DNA from: Opitutaceae bacterium
Lineage (GTDB): Bacteria; Verrucomicrobiota; Verrucomicrobiia; Opitutales; Coraliomargaritaceae
NCBI GenBank assembly: GCA_051252375.1
Contig: JBPOFY010000002.1
Coordinates: 352,001 to 416,000 of the forward strand
Direction: 5' to 3'
Length of the DNA: 64,000 bases
Below, piece after piece: positions 1 to 9,462 of this stretch (its first letter is position 1; the number at the start of each line of letters is the position of its first letter). The translations under genes were made by a program, and so were the position numbers. The notes below the pieces were generated by a model. The model was not told the origin of the DNA, made no database searches, and saw only the letters and a list, made by a program, of their open reading frames with translations.

Positions 1-302
1 CGTTCTTGGTATTTAGTATGAAAGAAGATTCCAGAATTCGACCCTGCGGTTGTTTTCACTTTTAGCTTCAACTCGAAGTCCTGGAGGTCAGCAGGCACCG
101 ATGCATTCCCCATCCAAAACAAATGTGCTCGACCTCCTGAGACCTTGAGCTCCCCTACTTCTGTTATGGTAAAAACGTCTGGCTTCTCATCATTCGACTG
201 CCAACCGGACAACGAGCTACCATCAAACAGGACGTGCCAGTCGTTAGCAGCAACGAGTATAGAGGACGCCAAAAAGGTAATCAGTAGAAGTAGATATTTC
301 AT
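1..302 (-). CDS. DUF1080 (3-keto-disaccharide hydrolase-like) secreted protein, runs off window start
   Basis: Manual translation from ATG at 302: MKYLLLLITFLASSILVAANDWHVLFDGSSLSGW...DFELKLKVKTTAGSNSGIFFH. Signal peptide plus the LFDG..L.GW and NSGIFF motifs; follows a Gfo/Idh/MocA gene. Confidence 0.85.
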   Translation of the reverse strand, partial: MKYLLLLITFLASSILVAANDWHVLFDGSSLSGWQSNDEKPDVFTITEVGELKVSGGRAHLFWMGNASVPADLQDFELKLKVKTTAGSNSGIFFHTKYQE

Positions 303-348
303 AAACGAATCCTTTGAATTTAATTACAAATAGTCAGGACCTATACCT

Positions 349-1725
349 TCAGCTGACTAAAAACTCTTTCCGGTAAGCATACTGACTCTTGAGAAATGCA
401 TTGGCTTCAGTGTTGTTGGTAAACTGTTTGGCTTTCGCGTCGAACTCGAGTTCACCTTCAACCGACATCGCCGCCACGCCTAGCATGACCATACCGGTGA
501 AATCTGCTGCGTATTCGACAATATTCGATCCCGGTTGTTTACCCGCTTTGATCGACTCCGTCCATTCCTTGAAATGCCCCCCTGCGACTCGTGGAAGCGT
601 CTGTTCTGGAAGCGCCTTCTCCTTCTGCAATTCTCTGAAGTAGCTAAATGGAAAGATTACCGGGGCTTCACCATACATGGACGTAAATATAGTCCCCTTC
701 GATCCGACGAGGAAGGTGCCGTTTACATTCGGCTTAGGGTTGTTGCTCCTACGCCCACTGGTGGTGACGAGGCCTTCCACAAATCCTTTTGGCACATGAG
801 GCACGTCTTTTGCGACCCGACCACCGTCGAGCCAATGCACACGCACCGCTTTGCCAGTGAGCTTACTGACAAAATCGAAATCGATCGCGGCAGACTTTGG
901 GAATGCCAGATCAGTCAAACCGTCCGAGACAGCGCTGACACGTGTGGGATACCCAAGCTGCAGCGCCGTGTAAGAAACATCCATACTGTGGCAGGCAATA
1001 TCACCAAGCGCACCACAACCATAATCGCGAAAACCGCGCCATTTAAACGGAGCGATCCCATCGGCGTAAGGACGGGTTGGAGCGACACCTTGCCAGAGGT
1101 CCCAATCGAGCCCTTTCGGAACATCCGATGCCGGCGCTGTCTGACTCATGCCCTGTGGCCATATCGGACGATTCGTCCAATGATACACTTCCTCGACTTC
1201 GCCGATCAAGCCACCCTGTATCCACTCTTGAATCGAACGTAGCCCATCGCCGGCATGCCCCTGGTTGCCCATCTGAGTGATCACTCCTGCCTCTTTAGCG
1301 ACATTTTTCAAGAGCATCGCCTCTTCAAAAGTGCGAACCAAAGGTTTCTCTACAAGCAGGTGCTTGCCATGCGCCAAAACCCATAAAGCAACTGGATAGT
1401 GCATATGGTCCGGAATCGCGATAGAAACGGCATCGATCTCCTTACCCATGCGATCGAGCATGACGCGAAAATCCTTAAAGCGTGGCACGTTGGGATGTCG
1501 CTTGAAGCTGGATGCCGCCCGATTTTCGTCCACATCGCAAAACGCCACGATTTGCTCGTGCTCGAGGCCTCGAACATGCTCTCTGCCACGCCCTCCAACT
1601 CCGATCACCGCGACACGAAGCTTTTGAGTGCCTCGGTTTTCAGCTCGAAGAATCGATGGGAATAGACAGGAAGATGCGGCAAAAAGACCGCCAGTTTGAA
1701 GAAAGCGACGTCGGGGTATTGGCAT
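349..1725 (-). CDS. Tat-exported Gfo/Idh/MocA family oxidoreductase
   Basis: RRRFLQ twin-arginine motif after Met at 1725 (ORF track start 1767); VAVIGVGGRG Rossmann motif, PDHMH, VEKPL, QMGNQ, GALGDIACH. Confidence 0.9.
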   Translation of the reverse strand: MPIPRRRFLQTGGLFAASSCLFPSILRAENRGTQKLRVAVIGVGGRGREHVRGLEHEQIVAFCDVDENRAASSFKRHPNVPRFKDFRVMLDRMGKEIDAVSIAIPDHMHYPVALWVLAHGKHLLVEKPLVRTFEEAMLLKNVAKEAGVITQMGNQGHAGDGLRSIQEWIQGGLIGEVEEVYHWTNRPIWPQGMSQTAPASDVPKGLDWDLWQGVAPTRPYADGIAPFKWRGFRDYGCGALGDIACHSMDVSYTALQLGYPTRVSAVSDGLTDLAFPKSAAIDFDFVSKLTGKAVRVHWLDGGRVAKDVPHVPKGFVEGLVTTSGRRSNNPKPNVNGTFLVGSKGTIFTSMYGEAPVIFPFSYFRELQKEKALPEQTLPRVAGGHFKEWTESIKAGKQPGSNIVEYAADFTGMVMLGVAAMSVEGELEFDAKAKQFTNNTEANAFLKSQYAYRKEFLVS

Positions 1726-1917
1726 AAGCCTACAGAATTGGCAATACCCCCAATCGTCAACTATCATCCCTAATTCCTATCCTGCAGATTAATTCCTAGC
1801 GAGTTGACGCTATACTCAAATGTAGGCATATCATAAGCGATGAAGTGAGAGTAAAGAGGCAGATATTGTATTTAAAAACCTCTACCCCTGTGCCACCTTT
1901 CATATTCTATATATATA

Positions 1918-2799
1918 ATGAAACAATATTTCTTCATTCTAGGACATCCATTTACAAAGCAATCTGTCTTCATTACTGTCACGCTGATTATCATCATGGT
2001 TGCGGCGATCGTAAGCAGTAGTTATTTCGTTATTACAGATAAGCCGGAACCGACTCAAGCCACTGCGCCAGCAGACCCTGCACCGAAAACCGAAGAATCT
2101 CCTCAGACCGTAAACCCTGATAGCTTGGTCGATATCCTTGCGATGCATATTAAGGCAACCGGTTTCGATACATTGAAAAACTTTACGATGCGGGGGACAC
2201 CTTTGCATGATTCAGAACAAAGGGCTGTCAGCGTGAAGGGGCTTCATCCGAACCTTTATAAATTCACGGTCAACTACCTAGAAACCAAAAACTCGGTCGA
2301 ATTCGGACACAACGGAGAAGAAACATGGATGGAAAGTAGTTGGTCCAACCGAAGCTTTCCAAACGAAGCCACAGACAAGAGTGTCATTCTTATTCTATCA
2401 TCAATGCCTCACTTGGCGTGGACATACAATTCCGCAAAGTCTAGCCTCGAGCCCATTGGCATTTACTTATCACTAGAGCCTGAACAAATACACAATGGTC
2501 GTAATTGTTATGTGATACGTAGCCGCAAGATACTCCCATTTGAAATGGATCACTTTATTGACGCCGAAACTTTCTATGAAATCTACCGCACCGCGACGCT
2601 ACAAAAAGCAGACGGCAGCACGCTCGAGATCGGAGTGGAATATGATCAGGAAAAAATAGACAAGGGTAGCGGGTTTTCTCTTTTCCATGAAGTCTATGAA
2701 AACGGGAAACTGATCGATGAGCTGGTATACGAATCGCCGCGGACAAATATCACATTGATGAGTGCTCTATTCGCACCACCCAGTGAATATGGGCGCTAA
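1918..2799 (+). CDS. hypothetical membrane-anchored protein (possibly LolA/lipoprotein-sorting-like fold)
   Basis: 293-aa ORF with N-terminal TM helix and Pro/Thr linker; fold guess is weak. Confidence 0.6.
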   Translation: MKQYFFILGHPFTKQSVFITVTLIIIMVAAIVSSSYFVITDKPEPTQATAPADPAPKTEESPQTVNPDSLVDILAMHIKATGFDTLKNFTMRGTPLHDSEQRAVSVKGLHPNLYKFTVNYLETKNSVEFGHNGEETWMESSWSNRSFPNEATDKSVILILSSMPHLAWTYNSAKSSLEPIGIYLSLEPEQIHNGRNCYVIRSRKILPFEMDHFIDAETFYEIYRTATLQKADGSTLEIGVEYDQEKIDKGSGFSLFHEVYENGKLIDELVYESPRTNITLMSALFAPPSEYGR

Positions 2800-2830
2800 G
2801 GTGCAGCCCCTATAGAACGACTGCTATAAG

Positions 2831-5800
2831 CTACAGTTCATCCACCTTGATGCGGATAAATTTCTGGTCCTCGCCAACACTTATCGGCGCCGTGACTGTC
2901 ACGGTTTCGACTTCACCGTCATCATCGCCGACCACCTCAATCAACCCAATTGTATCCCAACTCAATGGACTCAGATCGGGAGACCACTGCGCGTAGATAC
3001 TATATCCGGTGAGCTTGCGACGAGTATAGTCGACGCTCAGCGCGATCGGACTCATCACAATCGACTTGTAAGGCGAATCCACAACTAACGGATCAGTACC
3101 CAAAAACCATTCTAGTTCGTTGTTTAGACTATCTACGTCCGGGTTGCCCGTGGCTGAAACATCCGTGCCCTCAGGTGCACCGGCAAACGCGGTTGCAGAC
3201 CACTGTTCGTAAGGAGTCAGCGGGGTTCCCGTCAATGCGATATTGTCGATGGCCGGGTCGGCTGCGAACCATACCAAATTAGCCGTGCGGAAGCGGAGCG
3301 TCACATCACTATTGCCAGCATAAGCTGAAAGATCGACCGTCTCACTCGTCCATGAATCGCTACTGCTCGTGTGTTCTTGAGGGGGTGGGTCTTTGATCCA
3401 AACGTCCAGCGTCCAGGCTGACCCATCATACACATCCAATGCCAAGTAATCAATATAGGCCCCATACATGTGATAGTCGAAAGTCAGCTCAACGGTGCTG
3501 ACTGTGCTGAAATCAAAACGTGCTTGCACCGAAGATGTGCTCTCGGAAACCGGCGCGTCATGCCCTTCCGCGTAAAGGTAATAACTGCCATCTGAAGCGC
3601 CGTCTGGACCAGCGGCTACTGTTTCCGTGCCCCCGCTGTTACGTGTCCAGTCGTAATCATCTCCAAACGATTGGACCCAGTGCCCCATTCCACTTTCAAA
3701 GCTTTCTGAATAAGGCAGCGACTCTTTCTCATCGATGGCAATATTGTCGATCGCGATATCGGAGACATGCCAATAGCGCTGTTGCGCTCGGAAACGAACA
3801 GTCACCGCACTATTGCCGTCGTAGGCAGACAAATCGACCGAGGCATTCAACCAAGGGGCCCCATTGCTCAACTGCTGCTCTCTGGAACGCATCCACAGGT
3901 CCGTCGTCCAGCTAGTACCGTCGTGCACATCGACTGCCAAAAATTCGATATTCTCCCCATACATATGGTAATCAAAGCTGAGCCTTGCACCGGAAACCCC
4001 GCTCATATCAACCACACAATCGATCTGGGCGACTTTGTTGTGCGCGCCATCATCGTGTGGCTCAATATAGAGATACCAGTTTCCTCCGGAAGCACCAGTC
4101 GGCCCCGTATTGGCCGTCGGGGTGCCACCACTGTTGCGTGTCCAGTCGAAGTCATCGTCAGGGGATTGGATCCATGCGCCCAACCCATTTTCAAAACCTT
4201 CGGTATAGGGAACGCTCACCACTGGTGTGCCGATCGTAAAAGTGCCGCTATCATCCGAAGCAGTCCCACTCAGAGTCACACGAACCGTAAAGTTAGCGCC
4301 ACCTGGAATACTCGGAATGGTCCAATCATACCAGCGCTCCTCTCCAGTCAGACCCGTTGCGATTGTGGACTGGAAAACCCCATCTTTGTAGAGGTCGATC
4401 TCGACCGCATCGGTGTGATCGCCACCATGCCAATAGATGGTCGTCGAATCGCCCGGCAGGAAATTAGTTCCGGTCACAGGTTCGAGCACGGCGAGTGCTT
4501 CGCGGGTATCTTTATTGACCAACACACTTGAGTTATAGATTAGGTAATCACCATTCCGTGCACCTAAATCGGGATTGCTTCCATCAAAGCCAGCACCGAG
4601 GCCTCCGACATCACCGTCCAATACAAATTTCTGGTCGTATGCTGGCGTTCCACTGGTATCGGTCGCGTTAAACCCTCTAGCTACACCGGTTGGAGCGCCA
4701 TTATAACTCACATTCGGATTCGAGAAATATTTAATTCGGCTACCGCCCCATCCCGCGCCGTAAGCCATAATCGTTCGGACTTTCCCGCCGTTTGGCGGAT
4801 CAAAACGCCAGCCATAGTTACTCTGGTCTTTCGGATTTGCAGAAGCTGTTCCACTATCGCCCCAACCATGCCTGAGGCCTAGATTATGTCCGACCTCATG
4901 TGCAAATACTAGATTTGGTGAAAACATCTGATTTCTACCACAAATTGCCTGCCGCCCGGGTCGATTTGCGACACCGCCTACTCCGGCAATGCCAGCGTTG
5001 CAGACAAATGTAGCCTGATCCGCACCAAGCTCATCGCGTAAGTCAGTGAGCGTATCAAGGACACCATCATTAGTATCGTTAAGGTGAGACAGTATCTCGT
5101 GCATCTGACTGAAGTTTGAATCTGAAAATGTCGCGTCAGGCTCTTCGAGCATAGCCAAGAGTGAACAAAAGTAACCGCCCGATGCACTGTTACTAAGTGC
5201 TTCATTCATGTTATCCACAGAAGCGATGATACGCCCTTCAATACTTGCAGTGCCTCCATCGCTAATTCTCGCTTCGGCACTGTATCCGATTACAGAGTCG
5301 AAAGGGATCGCTCCCGCAGGCGCACTAAGAACTTCACCTTCAGACTCCTCCGCTGCTGCCTGCTCACTGGCGAGTGCCGCCATTTCTGCGGCAAGATGCT
5401 CTGGGTTCTCGCAGTTCCCACAACCATCGATAAAGCTATCGGCGTCTAGATGGCGAATCGCCACATCCCCATTTCCCGCCATGGCAAATTGGTAGTGCGT
5501 ATTGGTATCGTGGAAAGAAATCGAACCATTGATCGTGCCATCGTGAAAGACTAACAATATGTCACTGAAGCTATCGTCCAGAACCTGACCGATAATCGTC
5601 GTCGTGTGCGGACCACGTGAAATGACGCGATCAAAAGCAGCAAGCACAACCTTATCTCGAGATAATGGAATCTGGATCGCGCCATCATTCGATTCCAAAA
5701 ATGTTTTCAACGCAGCCACATCCATTGTCGCCTCAATCGCTGAAAGCGTGTGCTCGTCGACGGTTAGATGGCCAGCAATAGCATGGTCTTTTGCGCTAAA

Positions 5801-6142
5801 GATCACCTGATCCGAAACCGCACTCGGATCCGCGTTTCGCACAAACTCGACTGCATCCGGCAGCAATAAACGATTATTCACGCCACGACGTAATTGACTC
5901 ACTGCTGGTGAGGTCTGTTCCGTTGAAACGGGCTCAATAGATCGAATCTCTTCAATCGCTACCTCCGCGATGGGTACGGGGGACCCTTTAGGGGCAGCTG
6001 CCAACTCAGTAGTAGATCCCTCCGGGGCCTGCGCGACCTGAACTTCAGGATCAGAACCAGATGGCTGAAAAAAGACCATACACCCAATAATGAGCGCGCC
6101 CAGACAGAGCAGAGATAGAAGTAATTTTTTCAAGAAAGACAT
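2831..6142 (-). CDS. secreted M12/reprolysin-like zinc metallopeptidase with Ig-like domain, two MAM domains and C-terminal domain
   Basis: HEVGHNLGLRH zinc motif, TIMAY Met-turn, FSNP; two repeats of the pattern PYxExFE.G.G.W.Q...DD.DWTRNSGGT...FDYHMYG...IDNI (MAM). Confidence 0.88.
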   Translation of the reverse strand: MSFLKKLLLSLLCLGALIIGCMVFFQPSGSDPEVQVAQAPEGSTTELAAAPKGSPVPIAEVAIEEIRSIEPVSTEQTSPAVSQLRRGVNNRLLLPDAVEFVRNADPSAVSDQVIFSAKDHAIAGHLTVDEHTLSAIEATMDVAALKTFLESNDGAIQIPLSRDKVVLAAFDRVISRGPHTTTIIGQVLDDSFSDILLVFHDGTINGSISFHDTNTHYQFAMAGNGDVAIRHLDADSFIDGCGNCENPEHLAAEMAALASEQAAAEESEGEVLSAPAGAIPFDSVIGYSAEARISDGGTASIEGRIIASVDNMNEALSNSASGGYFCSLLAMLEEPDATFSDSNFSQMHEILSHLNDTNDGVLDTLTDLRDELGADQATFVCNAGIAGVGGVANRPGRQAICGRNQMFSPNLVFAHEVGHNLGLRHGWGDSGTASANPKDQSNYGWRFDPPNGGKVRTIMAYGAGWGGSRIKYFSNPNVSYNGAPTGVARGFNATDTSGTPAYDQKFVLDGDVGGLGAGFDGSNPDLGARNGDYLIYNSSVLVNKDTREALAVLEPVTGTNFLPGDSTTIYWHGGDHTDAVEIDLYKDGVFQSTIATGLTGEERWYDWTIPSIPGGANFTVRVTLSGTASDDSGTFTIGTPVVSVPYTEGFENGLGAWIQSPDDDFDWTRNSGGTPTANTGPTGASGGNWYLYIEPHDDGAHNKVAQIDCVVDMSGVSGARLSFDYHMYGENIEFLAVDVHDGTSWTTDLWMRSREQQLSNGAPWLNASVDLSAYDGNSAVTVRFRAQQRYWHVSDIAIDNIAIDEKESLPYSESFESGMGHWVQSFGDDYDWTRNSGGTETVAAGPDGASDGSYYLYAEGHDAPVSESTSSVQARFDFSTVSTVELTFDYHMYGAYIDYLALDVYDGSAWTLDVWIKDPPPQEHTSSSDSWTSETVDLSAYAGNSDVTLRFRTANLVWFAADPAIDNIALTGTPLTPYEQWSATAFAGAPEGTDVSATGNPDVDSLNNELEWFLGTDPLVVDSPYKSIVMSPIALSVDYTRRKLTGYSIYAQWSPDLSPLSWDTIGLIEVVGDDDGEVETVTVTAPISVGEDQKFIRIKVDEL

Positions 6143-6410
6143 AAGACAAGGGGATCAGAGAGCACCGCCTCTAGGGTGCAGGTAACAAAAGTAACACAAG
6201 ACGCCCAAATTACGAAAATTGAGTCTCAAAAAATGAGATTCCCTCTGGAAAAAGATTGCCGAGCTTCTTTCCTTAAACACTCAAAGGCCCAAAATCTATA
6301 CACTTCGCAGGAAATATAGACCGCGATAGGAATCACCGATATGCAAAAGCAGTCTAAAAGGGAATCGAACCATAGCCCACAGTCTGATCGTAGCTTGAAT
6401 AGATCGTTTT

Positions 6411-7082
6411 TTGCCGCAAGCTACTGATATGGTAGAGCGTTCATTGCGGAATCAATCACAGAAGGAAGAGTGGGTGAACTGCTTAAGCCACGGTGCGGGT
6501 GTTATTTTAATATTGGTATTAGCACCCCATTTGATCTTTGCCGCAAGCACGCACGGAGATGCGATATCGGTGCTCGGAGTGAAGGTATTTTGCATAACGA
6601 TGCTGTTACTCTACGGTGCTTCCACTGCCTTCCACGGGATGCCTCATAAACGCCAGCGCACGAAAAAGATTCTAAATATACTGGATCATATTGCAGTGTA
6701 TCTGCTGATCGCCGGCACCTATACCCCCTTTATGCTCGATGCGATGCGCGGGCCGATGGGTTGGACTTTGTTTATTCTAATTTGGTCGTTGGCGATCATA
6801 GGATCAGTTCTAAAAGTTCTCGGGCGACTTTGGAAGCAACCCTACTCCGTAGCTTACTACCTCCTAATGGGCTGGCTGGTGTTGATTGCGGCGGTGCCAC
6901 TGAGTGAAAGACTGACTTTAGACGTGCTATTATCGCTGCTCGCCGGAGGCATCTTCTACAGTGTCGGCGTCTATTTCTATCTATTACATCATCGTAATTA
7001 CGCCCACTTCATATGGCATTTATTTGTCCTAGCAGGCACAATCGCTCATATGTATGCAGTGCTCGGAATTTACCGCAGCTAA
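6411..7082 (+). CDS. hemolysin III / PAQR family membrane protein
   Basis: EEWVNCLSHG, STAFH, LDHIAVYLLIAGTYTPF, HFIWHLFVLAG motifs; multiple TM helices; start uncertain (6411 or 6429). Confidence 0.92.
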   Translation: MPQATDMVERSLRNQSQKEEWVNCLSHGAGVILILVLAPHLIFAASTHGDAISVLGVKVFCITMLLLYGASTAFHGMPHKRQRTKKILNILDHIAVYLLIAGTYTPFMLDAMRGPMGWTLFILIWSLAIIGSVLKVLGRLWKQPYSVAYYLLMGWLVLIAAVPLSERLTLDVLLSLLAGGIFYSVGVYFYLLHHRNYAHFIWHLFVLAGTIAHMYAVLGIYRS

Positions 7083-7125
7083 GACGTAGTCACTAAAACT
7101 ATTTACCTAATTCAAACCGAAGTGA

Positions 7126-8742
7126 TCATGGTCTGCCCAACAACCGATTCATTGATTTCAGTAACTCTTTGGGACGATAAGGCTTTGTAATAAAGTCATC
7201 GACCCCAGCATCCGCGGCTCTCACAGAGTTGACTTCACCAGCGAAAGCAGTGAGCGCAATGATTATTACTGGGGCTCTATCAGCATCTAATTTCTCCCAC
7301 TCTCTGATTTGCTTCGTCGCGGTAATGCCATCCATAACAGGCATTCGAATGTCCATGAGCACTAGATCAAAATGATCTCTTTTCACCTCATCCACCGCGA
7401 GCTGACCATTCTCAACCAAAGTGTTGGCAATTCCCCTACGGTTTAGGATTTTAAGTATTAGTTGCTGATTCACCTCATTATCTTCGACCACCAGAATATG
7501 CTTACCGACCAAGGAAGGATACTGCGATCCATCATCTGTCATTAGACTCGAAACTTCGTCTAACTCAGTATCTTCGATTCGCCCAAAAGCAAGTGTTGCC
7601 GTGAAGCTAGAACCTTCACCGACTTCGCTGATCACACTGAGTTCGCCTCCCATTTGGCACGCGAGCCGACTCGAAATTGCCAGACCTAAACCTGCGCCAC
7701 CATAGCTTAATGAAATGTCACCATGCGCTTGTGTAAATGAGTCGAAAATAACCTCTACTTGATCCGCCTCAATGCCGATGCCAGTATCTGCAACTACAAC
7801 GCTAAGATACGCTCTGTCATCAGATAGACCCTCGTCGTGAATCGAAACAGTCACGCCGCCGGTCTCGGTAAACTTAATCGCATTAAAGATTAAATTCGTC
7901 AGTATTTGTGCCACACGCGAACTATCGCCTATTACAATACTAGGCACGTTGTCCGAAATATTCAGCTTTAGATATAGACCCTTCGCTTCAGCACGCATCG
8001 TGAGCAGCTTCACGACTCTCCCAGCCACGTCGTGAATGCTCATTTCGGTTTCTCGAAGGCTCAGCTTTCCTGCTTCGATTCGTGACAAATCAAGAATGTC
8101 ATTGATCAATGCGAGCAACACCTGGGAAGACTCCTGCGCCACTTCCAGATCCTCTTTCTGGTCCGCAGTTAAGTCCGACTCCATAATAAGATCAAGCATG
8201 CCCACTATACCGTTGAGCGGGGTGCGAATTTCGTGCGACATATTCGCTAAAAATTCGCTCTTTAAATTATTCGCAGCATCAGCTTTATCTTTTTCACCAG
8301 CTACCCGTAACGACTCTGCTATTTCACGCTCAAGGCTTTCTTGAGTTTTCCTCAGGTCTTCATGGCTGGGTATTTTCATCGCAGCGGGCAAACACCATAT
8401 AAGTGCAACCGCAGTAGCCACTGAAATGATTCCTGTGATAGCGAGCACCACACCTTGGGCGACGTAGAACGGCTGCCATACCGTAACTATCATCATCACG
8501 TGCGAGATCGCACACGATACAATGAATGAGGCAAATAGCACGAATACCGGCTTAAAGAGTAGATCTTTCCGTTTGCGGATGAACCAGATCAGCAAAAACG
8601 GAATGATCAAATACGAGACTGCTATCAACGCATTGGATATAACATGTAACCACAAAATATCGTCTCGCCAGAGATAACAATGCCCATGAGGCATAAATGA
8701 GTTGTTACAAAAATCGGCAAATAATTCGGATATTCCAGTCAT
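7126..8742 (-). CDS. hybrid histidine kinase with N-terminal ethylene-receptor-like 3-TM sensor domain
   Basis: H-box FLANMSHEIRTPLNG, N-box NAIKFT, DTGIGI, GAGLGL; receiver LVLMDIRMPVMDG; N-terminal YLIIP...FIVSCAISH. Confidence 0.9.
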   Translation of the reverse strand: MTGISELFADFCNNSFMPHGHCYLWRDDILWLHVISNALIAVSYLIIPFLLIWFIRKRKDLLFKPVFVLFASFIVSCAISHVMMIVTVWQPFYVAQGVVLAITGIISVATAVALIWCLPAAMKIPSHEDLRKTQESLEREIAESLRVAGEKDKADAANNLKSEFLANMSHEIRTPLNGIVGMLDLIMESDLTADQKEDLEVAQESSQVLLALINDILDLSRIEAGKLSLRETEMSIHDVAGRVVKLLTMRAEAKGLYLKLNISDNVPSIVIGDSSRVAQILTNLIFNAIKFTETGGVTVSIHDEGLSDDRAYLSVVVADTGIGIEADQVEVIFDSFTQAHGDISLSYGGAGLGLAISSRLACQMGGELSVISEVGEGSSFTATLAFGRIEDTELDEVSSLMTDDGSQYPSLVGKHILVVEDNEVNQQLILKILNRRGIANTLVENGQLAVDEVKRDHFDLVLMDIRMPVMDGITATKQIREWEKLDADRAPVIIIALTAFAGEVNSVRAADAGVDDFITKPYRPKELLKSMNRLLGRP

Positions 8743-8931
8743 ATAAAGATCGTGGTGTTATGCCCCCCCCACAACGAATGAGGTAATGCTTGGACATATT
8801 TTGAGTCAAGCCCACAAGAGGCATAGCATTCGATAGATTCGACTGAAGAACGGTTGATGAGCGCCACGAATCTTAAGCTTGTGATCCGCGATATGGATTA
8901 CATGATGCGCCAGAGCCTAACCCAGAAACAT

Positions 8932-9369
8932 ATGAGCAAACAAACGACAAAATCGGCGAAAAAGAAAGATGATTCGAAACGATACAAACAAGGAGCTATA
9001 CTCGCGATCATCAGCCTCGTCCTCTTTGTCTTGATCGAAGCCTGGGGCTACTACGCAGTCAAAACGATCAAAGCAGACTTCTTAGCCTACCAGTATTTTC
9101 GCTTCTTACTCGAACTACCGATGCTCTTCTTTTTCTATATGGGGCATAAATGGGCGCTCTGGCTGATACGAATTGGATTCATCATGGCGACCCCTGCTGC
9201 CGCCTTTCTCTGTGTGCTCCTTATTCACAAAAATGTGTATATGCATATCGTATGGAGTGCACCCATCCCCGTCATCCTCAGTGTGGCTGGTTGCTGGATC
9301 CTGTTTGGAGCGGAAACGTTCACGCTCCACTTTAAGCATAAACGCCACGCGCGTAGCATCTACGACTAG
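8932..9369 (+). CDS. hypothetical integral membrane protein
   Basis: About four hydrophobic segments after a basic N-terminus; ATG at 8932 chosen (track start 8854). Confidence 0.65.
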   Translation: MSKQTTKSAKKKDDSKRYKQGAILAIISLVLFVLIEAWGYYAVKTIKADFLAYQYFRFLLELPMLFFFYMGHKWALWLIRIGFIMATPAAAFLCVLLIHKNVYMHIVWSAPIPVILSVAGCWILFGAETFTLHFKHKRHARSIYD

Positions 9370-9462
9370 TCTGCAAAGCAGCGAACTCTTGGCGGCGATT
9401 GCGTAATGCACCTTCATTGAGGCGGATGTGACGTAAATCTCAGTGGGCAAACTCTAAACCAG

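Noticed and set aside
535..1242. Long antisense or alternate-frame ORFs (e.g. 535..1242, 3767..4531, 54114..54893)
   Set aside because: They fully overlap well-supported genes on the opposite strand and show no recognisable motifs.
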